IMG/VR virus record: IMGVR_UViG_3300032272_000053
Coordinates: 1 to 29,683 of that record
DNA from: a virus
Taxonomy: Duplodnaviria; Caudoviricetes
Strand: one strand, 5' to 3'
DNA length: 29,683 bases
A program made the position numbers and the translations under genes. How positions within the stretch are numbered: position 1 is the first letter of the stretch; every line of letters starts with the position of its first letter. Below, one piece after another: positions 8,082 to 14,538 of this stretch. Below the pieces are notes generated by a model, which did no database searches, had not been told where the DNA came from, and worked only from the letters and a program-made list of their open reading frames with translations.

Positions 8082-8109
8082 TTGACCACATCTGAAAAGT
8101 CGTTATACT
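8082..8109 (+). promoter_or_regulatory. sigma70-type rightward promoter TTGACC-N16-TATACT
   Basis: near-consensus boxes followed by an AGGAG RBS and ATG 8137. Confidence 0.75.
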
Positions 8110-8136
8110 GTATCTCACTAACCAAGGAGAAATAAC

Positions 8137-8334
8137 ATGACCAACACAGAAAAGACCAACCTCTGCATCAACATACTACACTCATATGGGCAGCTAGCGA
8201 AGACAACAACCAATACGGTGGAGTACAGCTACCTGCGTATGATTGCTGACGACCTTATCCAGGAAGGAGTTCATGAATTTATAGTTGGTATCGCGCTGGC
8301 CCGCGTTCAATCTCACTTAGGAGAAATAACATGA
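8137..8334 (+). CDS. early hypothetical protein
   Basis: AAGGAG RBS; ATGA coupling to the next gene. Confidence 0.7.
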   Translation: MTNTEKTNLCINILHSYGQLAKTTTNTVEYSYLRMIADDLIQEGVHEFIVGIALARVQSHLGEIT

Positions 8335-8597
8335 CACTAGCAAACCCATCAACAGATATCGATTCACCGGAAGCACGTGCCAACCTGATAGACTGGGTTG
8401 TCACTTACCAGCTGACGGAAGTCGAAGAAGCATTCCTACCCAGCGCGATGGCAATAGCCGCAGTCGCTGGCGGAGTATCACAGTTCAAGCTACTGGAGTA
8501 CATGATGGTTGACGAGAACACCGCCAACATGATACTGTCGCTTTGCGAAGAGCTTGAAGTCATTCGCGAGCACATAAAATCTGGAGTAATTAGATAA
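8331..8597 (+). CDS. hypothetical protein
   Basis: TAGGAG RBS; TAATG coupling. Confidence 0.75.
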   Translation: MTLANPSTDIDSPEARANLIDWVVTYQLTEVEEAFLPSAMAIAAVAGGVSQFKLLEYMMVDENTANMILSLCEELEVIREHIKSGVIR

Positions 8598-9274
8598 TGG
8601 CAATAGAGTTAAAGAGCACGAAGGACGCGGCCGTTGACCAGGGGGTAAAAATCCTGGTCCACGGTCCTGCAGGGAGCGGTAAGACTACGCTCATTCACAC
8701 GTTACCGAATCCGGTAATCATTTCAGCAGAGGCTGGCCTGCTATCACTAAAGGAGTTCGACATCCCAGCGATTAGTGTCGGCACGATGGAGGACTTATGG
8801 GAGGTGTATCAATATCTAACGGAAGGCGAAGGACAGCAGTTCGATTCAATCGCAATCGATTCTATCTCAGAGGTAGCAGAGGTTTGCCTAGCGGCTGAGA
8901 AGGAGATTGCAAAGGACCCACGCCAAGCATATGGCGCGATGATTCATCGCATGACACAGCTTGTACGAGCGTTCAGGGATATCCCGAAGAACCTCTACAT
9001 GTCTGCTAAGCAAGCACGAGAGAAGGACGAGCTAGGTGGTGCTATGTTGTACTCAGCATCGATGCCTGGTAAGATGCTTGGTAACGAGATGCCTTACATG
9101 TTTGATGAGGTGTTCGCGTTACGAGTTGAGAAGGACGACGACGGTAACCCTGTGCGATGGTTGCAGACCGACCGTGATGCACAGTTCGAAGCGAAGGACC
9201 GAAGTGGAGTGCTTGAGCAGTTCGAGCAGGCTGACCTAGGTCAAATCATTAATAAGATAATTGGAGAAAAGTAA
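8597..9274 (+). CDS. AAA_24 / Sak4-like ssDNA-annealing ATPase
   Basis: Walker A GPAGSGKTT, SAEAGLLS, IDSISE, DPRQAYG, FDEVF, AKDRSG. Confidence 0.88.
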   Translation: MAIELKSTKDAAVDQGVKILVHGPAGSGKTTLIHTLPNPVIISAEAGLLSLKEFDIPAISVGTMEDLWEVYQYLTEGEGQQFDSIAIDSISEVAEVCLAAEKEIAKDPRQAYGAMIHRMTQLVRAFRDIPKNLYMSAKQAREKDELGGAMLYSASMPGKMLGNEMPYMFDEVFALRVEKDDDGNPVRWLQTDRDAQFEAKDRSGVLEQFEQADLGQIINKIIGEK

Positions 9275-9275
9275 C

Positions 9276-9746
9276 ATGGCTAAAATTGGAATTAAAGTAG
9301 AACCAGGTTTTCAACCACCGAAGGACGAGTTCGAACTCATCACCAATGGTTGGTACGAAGCCGAAGTGATTGACTCTGAGGTAAAGAACTCAGTGATTTC
9401 TGGTAACGATTACCTTAACCTGACCTGGATGATTACGGGTGCAGGTGACGGTGGCGACCCACAGTTCACCGAGCGACGTGTGTGGCAGGTGTTGTCAATC
9501 TTCCACCCCACAGACAGCGTTCGTGAGCGCTCCCTGGGAGACCTGATAAGCATTGCGCAAGCAGCTGGTGTGGATGGGTATGAGGACACCGACGACATCA
9601 CCGGCGCTCGACTGCAAATTAAGATTGGCACGCAGAAGAGTAAGGACCCACAGTACGGGGACAAGAACGTGGTGCGGGGATACCAAACCACTAACCTCGC
9701 GGCTGCAGCGCCGCCTAGCGCTACTAAGAAACCTTGGGCAGCATAA
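9276..9746 (+). CDS. DUF669-family ssDNA-binding protein
   Basis: GWYEAEVIDSE..GNDYLNLTW..RRVW..KPWAA; typical position after Sak4; GGAG RBS before ATG 9276. Confidence 0.8.
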   Translation: MAKIGIKVEPGFQPPKDEFELITNGWYEAEVIDSEVKNSVISGNDYLNLTWMITGAGDGGDPQFTERRVWQVLSIFHPTDSVRERSLGDLISIAQAAGVDGYEDTDDITGARLQIKIGTQKSKDPQYGDKNVVRGYQTTNLAAAAPPSATKKPWAA

Positions 9747-10870
9747 TGGCTAAAACTGTCCTACCAGATATGGACGCAACCCTGGAGGCAGCTTCGGCTG
9801 CCTTCGCGGATGTCCGCAACGGTGAGCAGACCTCCAGGACGTACCTGGGCTGCTCTGGCATGGGTCACGAGTGCACCAGGAAGCTATGGCTAACCTTCCG
9901 CGCTCAACCGCAGGAGGATATACAGGCAAAGGGCTGGGCCTGTATCGATGATGGTCACGCAGGTGAAGCAGTCATCGTAGAGAGGCTCCAGAGGGTCCCT
10001 GGCGTGGAGCTACACGCCGACCAAGGCGATGGTAACCAATTCGGTGTAGAAGCCTGTGACGGCCATCTGAGAGGGCATATGGACGGTGCTATCAAGGGAC
10101 TATTACACGCGCCAGAATGGTGGCACGTATTCGAAGCTAAAGTATGTAACGAAACTAAATTTAGAAAATTAAAGAGGTTAGTAGCAGAGCATGGTGAAGG
10201 TGAAGCGCTTGAAAAATGGGATTTTAACTATTACACGCAGGCACAGCTTTATATGGAGCTTAGCGGTATGGACTACCATTATCTCGTCTGTGCTACTCCT
10301 GGAGTACGGGATTGGTTTGGTGTTATTACATCCGTAGACCATGAGTTCGCGAAAAGCAAGATTAACTTGGCTCAAGAGGTAGTTGAGATGGATGAGCCAC
10401 CTCCGCGTATTAGCGCCGACCCTGAGTTCTTCCAGTGTAGATTTTGCAACTTCAGCGACATCTGTCACAAGGAGAAGCCGCCAGCGCCTAATTGCCGTAG
10501 CTGTGTACACTCGACGCCAGCAGTTAATGCGAATAATGAAGGTGAGTGGGGATGCGTGAAGCACGGATTCTTGAAAGATGATTGTCCTGACCACGTATAC
10601 ATTCCCAGCCTTATAAACTATGCCGATGTCAAGGACCAGCACGCTGCAGATAACTGGGTTGAGTACCAGTTGGCAGATGGAAGAACTTTTAGGAATGGGA
10701 CGAAAAAAACAGGTTCAACTATTTACAGCAGCAAGGAATTGTGCGAGACTGAGCCTGAGTTGATTCAGGACGCTTCGACGGACGCACTAAGGGTCCAGTT
10801 CGGTGGCGAGATTGAAAAGAGCGAGAAGGTCAAAGAAGGTTACCTTCCAGATATGGATATACCATTTTAG
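9746..10870 (+). CDS. Cas4-like PD-(D/E)XK exonuclease with Fe-S cysteines
   Basis: RTYLGCS..GHEC.RKLW, GHMDG, EAK, QAQLYM, CRFC..IC, plus an extra CRSC/C/C-H domain. Confidence 0.85.
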   Translation: MAKTVLPDMDATLEAASAAFADVRNGEQTSRTYLGCSGMGHECTRKLWLTFRAQPQEDIQAKGWACIDDGHAGEAVIVERLQRVPGVELHADQGDGNQFGVEACDGHLRGHMDGAIKGLLHAPEWWHVFEAKVCNETKFRKLKRLVAEHGEGEALEKWDFNYYTQAQLYMELSGMDYHYLVCATPGVRDWFGVITSVDHEFAKSKINLAQEVVEMDEPPPRISADPEFFQCRFCNFSDICHKEKPPAPNCRSCVHSTPAVNANNEGEWGCVKHGFLKDDCPDHVYIPSLINYADVKDQHAADNWVEYQLADGRTFRNGTKKTGSTIYSSKELCETEPELIQDASTDALRVQFGGEIEKSEKVKEGYLPDMDIPF

Positions 10871-10879
10871 GAGAACACC

Positions 10880-11080
10880 ATGACTAAGAGAAAAGCAACA
10901 GTAGTAAAAGCAGCTTGGAAAGATTACGCTGAAACGTTAGAGAATCTGGTGCGCAACATAGAGCACGCTGAGCATTGTAATCATCGATTAGGATTCCTAT
11001 GCAATTGTCATTACAGCAGAGTGCAGTTAGCAATGTGGGCCGCGAAAGCAAACTTTGTAGGAGAAGACGATGATAGTTAA
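10880..11080 (+). CDS. hypothetical protein with a His/Cys cluster
   Basis: TAGGAG RBS; HAEHC...CNCH. Confidence 0.7.
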   Translation: MTKRKATVVKAAWKDYAETLENLVRNIEHAEHCNHRLGFLCNCHYSRVQLAMWAAKANFVGEDDDS

Positions 11081-11462
11081 AGACGTACCAAATCACAGCC
11101 CGCACCAAGCAGTGAAGATAGTTGTTGCTGGTCACGAGCTAGCTGCACTCCACGAAATGTTGGTGATGGTAGCTGTGGTTTTTCCTGGAGGCGACCATAA
11201 CGAAAAGCTTATGGGGCAATTCGCAGAGGGTTTGGCGCGCATGATAGAGGACAGCACTGAGATTCCTAAGCTCAGGAGGGCAGAGTCGCCCCTATACTCT
11301 GCGGTCGCGAGATTATTCCGTGACGGATACCTTGACGACCCGCCAGCGCTGTGCGTACCGTACGATGAGCTACGCGATGAGAATACACCAGACCAACCTA
11401 ACGGACTTCCTATGTCTTACAGGGAAGAGCTGAACTCAAACGAAGTGAGGAAAAAATTATGA
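11070..11462 (+). CDS. hypothetical protein
   Basis: TAGGAG RBS; overlaps both neighbours. Confidence 0.7.
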   Translation: MIVKDVPNHSPHQAVKIVVAGHELAALHEMLVMVAVVFPGGDHNEKLMGQFAEGLARMIEDSTEIPKLRRAESPLYSAVARLFRDGYLDDPPALCVPYDELRDENTPDQPNGLPMSYREELNSNEVRKKL

Positions 11463-11680
11463 TGGACACACATGTACAGGAAGCAATTAAGGAACTGGAG
11501 CTGTTTGAAATGGCCGCTATTAAGATGGACCAGCTACTATTTCAGTTCCATACGGAGAAGGGTGCGCACCTTAACCAGGACGCGCTGGACGCCTTAGGGC
11601 GCGCTGTATCAGTTGCTGGTACGCTTAGGATTAATGTCACCACATCACTAGCACATATGGAAGCGGCCCGCGATGCGTAG
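11459..11680 (+). CDS. hypothetical protein
   Basis: ATGA overlap; GAGG RBS. Confidence 0.7.
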   Translation: MMDTHVQEAIKELELFEMAAIKMDQLLFQFHTEKGAHLNQDALDALGRAVSVAGTLRINVTTSLAHMEAARDA

Positions 11681-11816
11681 TATTCCACCACTGTTAATAA
11701 TTATTTTATTGCTTTCGCTTGACACCACTGACGCGCCCTGGACTGGCTTAGCAAAATATGGTATGCAATCTGGCTGGGAGCCACAAGGAGTTTCACATGT
11801 TCAAACTAACCGATAA
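11673..11816 (+). CDS. possible 47-aa membrane-anchored or exported peptide (MRSIPPLLIIILLLSL...)
   Basis: manual translation; fills the gap and overlaps both neighbours. Confidence 0.45.
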   Translation: MRSIPPLLIIILLLSLDTTDAPWTGLAKYGMQSGWEPQGVSHVQTNR

Positions 11817-12057
11817 GTTTAATGTTGACCGCGACCAATACTGCTGGCATTTAATTGAGGTGAAGGAGGGCACCAGCAAGAAGGGAGAGCCCATAGAGAC
11901 ACACTACGTGACATACCACGCGAACCTAGCGCAGTTGCTTGAAGCAGCCTGGGACCGTTCCTTAGGTGATGTAAGGTCGCTAGAGAAGCTGCAGAGCATG
12001 GTGTACGATAACCGAGCCGAGTTAGTTGCAGCAGCCAAGCAAATTAAATTGAATTAG
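11797..12057 (+). CDS. hypothetical protein (start revised to MFKLTDK)
   Basis: AAGGAG RBS before ATG 11797. Confidence 0.75.
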   Translation: MFKLTDKFNVDRDQYCWHLIEVKEGTSKKGEPIETHYVTYHANLAQLLEAAWDRSLGDVRSLEKLQSMVYDNRAELVAAAKQIKLN

Positions 12058-12060
12058 TGC

Positions 12061-12089
12061 TTGACTCCTGATTCATTATGGGCGATACT
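12061..12089 (+). promoter_or_regulatory. second rightward sigma70-type promoter TTGACT-N17-GATACT
   Basis: shares GAATTAGTGCTTGAC and ATACTGT with the promoter at 8082. Confidence 0.75.
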
Positions 12090-12132
12090 GTCCCTACTGA
12101 AGCAAAAAACACGCATTACCAGGAGAGACAAA

Positions 12133-12336
12133 ATGAGCGAACAAACAGTAACGGTAAAAGACGCCACGGCGCTAGCGGTAAGATACGCATCCTTCCTCAG
12201 AGCCTCCGATGGCTTAGACTTAACCGGCATTATAGTTTGGGGAAACATGCTACTAGATTCCCAAGATATCACTGGGGTAGAGCTATGCGAAGACAGTGTG
12301 CTACGATTAATGATTGCGCGCGCGGCATCCGAATAA
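12133..12336 (+). CDS. hypothetical protein (start revised to MSEQTV)
   Basis: AGGAG RBS before ATG 12133. Confidence 0.7.
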   Translation: MSEQTVTVKDATALAVRYASFLRASDGLDLTGIIVWGNMLLDSQDITGVELCEDSVLRLMIARAASE

Positions 12337-12342
12337 CTAATC

Positions 12343-12465
12343 AGGCTCTCGGAAGGGATAACTTAACTTTTAACTTTAATGCGCATAGCGCGAAGAATCC
12401 GAAGAAATTTAAACTTGGATTCCCAGTTGATAGTTTTGTATATCGTGTAAACCGGCCGAGAGCCT
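12343..12465 (+). ncRNA. candidate structured RNA closed by a 10-bp stem
   Basis: AGGCTCTCGG (12343-12352) pairs with CCGAGAGCCT (12456-12465); internal hairpin GAATCC(G)AAG/CTTGGATTC. Confidence 0.35.
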
Positions 12466-12475
12466 TTCTAACAAT

Positions 12476-12549
12476 GCCAGCCCTATGTAGCAGCACCCAG
12501 AGGTTTGATTCCACTGAAGAGCTACGGGGATACCCGAGGGCTGGCTCCA
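12476..12549 (+). ncRNA. candidate 74-nt tRNA-like (non-canonical) small RNA
   Basis: 9-bp closing stem GCCAGCCCT/AGGGCTGGC followed by TCCA; GTAGC/GCTAC arm capped by GG-TTTGATT-CC; GGG-GATA-CCC hairpin. Confidence 0.45.
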
Positions 12550-12569
12550 ATTTAACTTAGGAGAATGAA

Positions 12570-12698
12570 ATGACACACCCGAAACTAAAGAAAGTCAGCT
12601 GGATGCCCTCTTCAAATTTCAGGAAGAGCAAGCCATCAGGAGAAGTTATCGACACCAAAAAGGTTGACGACCGGAAAGCAAAGATAAAGGAGAAATAA
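12570..12698 (+). CDS. 42-aa Lys-rich peptide (MTHPKLKKVSW...KIKEK)
   Basis: TAGGAG RBS; manual translation. Confidence 0.6.
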   Translation: MTHPKLKKVSWMPSSNFRKSKPSGEVIDTKKVDDRKAKIKEK

Positions 12699-12699
12699 A

Positions 12700-12804
12700 A
12701 TGGGTTGGGTTATAGCTTATTTCGCTATTAGTTTGCTCGCGAGAATCATCGAAGAGACAGGCAAAAACATTCAAGCAGAAAAAAGAAAACAAGCAAATGC
12801 TTAA
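12700..12804 (+). CDS. 34-aa peptide with a hydrophobic N-terminus (MGWVIAYFAISLLA...)
   Basis: AAGGAG RBS; manual translation; overlaps the next gene. Confidence 0.6.
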   Translation: MGWVIAYFAISLLARIIEETGKNIQAEKRKQANA

Positions 12805-13039
12805 GTACACGCTAATCCTGGTGATGGTAAGTAACATCGTGCTGGCGCAATCTCCTCGCTGTCACATGCGAAACGGTAGAACATTCTGCGACGACTCACC
12901 AGGGTTAGCACCTAAAATACACACTCCGCCGAACACCGTGCCATTGGATTATAGGAGTTACAATGGACTAGTACGCACGATGGAGTGCTACATGGAAGAG
13001 AGTTATACGAAGTGCAAATTGGGCAAGCATAAACAATAG
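12797..13039 (+). CDS. small exported protein with 4 Cys
   Basis: signal-peptide-like MLKYTLILVMVSNIVLA; four cysteines. Confidence 0.6.
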   Translation: MLKYTLILVMVSNIVLAQSPRCHMRNGRTFCDDSPGLAPKIHTPPNTVPLDYRSYNGLVRTMECYMEESYTKCKLGKHKQ

Positions 13040-13040
13040 G

Positions 13041-13301
13041 ATGAATAAAATGAAATCATTATTAATAGTATTAGCAGCCGCTAGCATTGCTGTAGGCATG
13101 ATGGCCGCACCTGGAACTGCGGAAGCGTATTGCAGCTTACCTAGAGGTAATCACGACAGGCACTTGTATGAGATGTGCTTGCAGCAAGAGGAGATGGTGC
13201 GGATACAGAAACAACAGATGCTGCAACAGCAGCGACAGCAACAGCAACAGCAATTTTGTCAGCAGCAACGGCAGATAAACCCAAGCTTTGTCTGTTATTA
13301 A
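13041..13301 (+). CDS. small exported protein with 4 Cys and a poly-Gln tract
   Basis: signal peptide ending AEA; QQQMLQQQRQQQQQQFCQQQ. Confidence 0.65.
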   Translation: MNKMKSLLIVLAAASIAVGMMAAPGTAEAYCSLPRGNHDRHLYEMCLQQEEMVRIQKQQMLQQQRQQQQQQFCQQQRQINPSFVCY

Positions 13302-13325
13302 TTGGGGACGCACAAACCATAATAA

Positions 13326-13393
13326 GGCAATCTCCGCATCAATCTTCGGGTCTTGGTGCTGGCGTCTAGCCTCCTAGCCAGTGGGAGTTTGCC
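13326..13393 (+). ncRNA. candidate 68-nt three-way-junction sRNA or 3'-UTR element
   Basis: closing stem GGCAATCTCC/GGAGTTTGCC; GCATCAA/TTGGTGC arm with CTTCGG; TGGC/GCCA arm with CCTCCT in the loop. Confidence 0.35.
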
Positions 13394-13407
13394 GAATAGA
13401 TTGGCAT

Positions 13408-13431
13408 AAAAAAGGCCGCTAAAAAGCGGCC
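13408..13431 (-). terminator. intrinsic terminator of the late (- strand) operon
   Basis: GGCCGCT/AGCGGCC stem followed by T6 on the - strand. Confidence 0.75.
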
Positions 13432-13449
13432 AAGGTTTGTCGCGAGACT

Positions 13450-13476
13450 AAGGCTCCTACGGGAGCCTTCTTTTTT
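13450..13476 (+). terminator. intrinsic terminator of the early (+ strand) operon
   Basis: AAGGCTCC-TACG-GGAGCCTT stem-loop followed by CTTTTTT. Confidence 0.85.
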
Positions 13477-14536
13477 AGTACGCTCGAACTTCTCGAACTC
13501 TTAATCTGCTAGCTAATGCACCGCCAAAGATTCTTGCTGGTGTTGTTGAGCCATTAACGTAGTAAGTGCCTGCGTTCATGCCGATACGCATCTTAAAGGT
13601 CGTTTCGGTTGTTGCACCGGCTGACACCTCCGTACTTAAATGAAGCACCATTCCTTCGCCTGCGGCTAACGTATGGTACGAAACACCTATTGCATCGGCA
13701 TCGCTATCCTGGAATATAAGCAGCGTCCCTAATCTAGCGCTAGCATCTCCGTTTGTTATATGACATTGGGCTTCAATCACCAAACGATTATTCGCGTTTG
13801 TTGGCGTGATAGATACTGTTGGCAGTGTTGTAGAAGCAATCGTGTCGGTCCCCTCCGTGTTCTGCGGAATAGTATCATCGGCTGGAACCGCAGTGGAGCC
13901 TGAGCCATATAGCGTGAACGGAGTTGCTTCAATTTCTTGCACTGTTGATAGCTGCAGCGATGAGTTAGCTGCGGACACAATGCCATACGATACAGCAGAC
14001 AGACTGGCTGACAACGTACCGCTATCCATAACCACTGTGACAGTGGTATCTGGCGCGCTATACGTTGACGCTGTTATGGTTCCGTACAGTGTTGAGCTAT
14101 CAGTAAACTGGAGTCGTCTACCTGGATGGAAAGCAGTCGTCTGGTCGCCAACCATCGTGAACGTGGTGTTACTCGTTCGCGTTGGCGTGATACCACTTGC
14201 TACCCACTCGCTAACGGATGTGCTGCCAACGTCATTCACACCTACCAAGTTATCGCTTAGCGTTTCACCTGAGCTTGGTGGGTCGGTATCCGTTGGTGAT
14301 GCCAGTACCAGCTTGTAGGACCCTGTAAGGACCCACAGCTCGTTACCTGGTATCTTGCCATCACTACCTAGGATGATTGGGTTAGTGTGCGAGGCAGCCC
14401 CAGCGTTGTCCTTATATGTGGTTACCTTGGTCGAGGTTCCAGCAATGTAAGTAAACAGCTGATAGCCGTTTGCAGGGTCGCCATTATCATCAAAGTATTG
14501 ACGCCCTGGCCCTGTTAATCTGAAGTATGTTGCCAT
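13475..14536 (-). CDS. tail fibre / receptor-binding protein
   Basis: N-terminal virion-attachment-type motif YFDDNGDP..G..LFTY.AGTSTK..TY.D....TNPIIL...G; Ser/Thr-rich beta content; last gene of the virion operon. Confidence 0.8.
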   Translation of the reverse strand: MATYFRLTGPGRQYFDDNGDPANGYQLFTYIAGTSTKVTTYKDNAGAASHTNPIILGSDGKIPGNELWVLTGSYKLVLASPTDTDPPSSGETLSDNLVGVNDVGSTSVSEWVASGITPTRTSNTTFTMVGDQTTAFHPGRRLQFTDSSTLYGTITASTYSAPDTTVTVVMDSGTLSASLSAVSYGIVSAANSSLQLSTVQEIEATPFTLYGSGSTAVPADDTIPQNTEGTDTIASTTLPTVSITPTNANNRLVIEAQCHITNGDASARLGTLLIFQDSDADAIGVSYHTLAAGEGMVLHLSTEVSAGATTETTFKMRIGMNAGTYYVNGSTTPARIFGGALASRLRVREVRAY

Positions 14537-14538
14537 GC

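Noticed and set aside
9746-10870. Cas4-like gene as evidence of a CRISPR-Cas system
   Set aside because: No cas1/cas2 or repeat-spacer array is present; the Sak4-SSB-exonuclease context is a standard phage recombination module.
12343-12465. Retron msr-msd, suggested by the flanking inverted repeats
   Set aside because: No reverse transcriptase is encoded in the window.
12476-12549. Canonical tRNA (Ser, TGA) or hammerhead ribozyme (CTGAAGA)
   Set aside because: There is no D-arm or correctly placed T-arm for a tRNA, and no downstream GAAA core for a hammerhead. Kept only as an unclassified RNA candidate.
12078-12560. 160-aa + strand ORF
   Set aside because: It starts inside the promoter spacer with no RBS, overlaps the RBS-supported 12133..12336 gene out of frame, and has no recognisable motifs.
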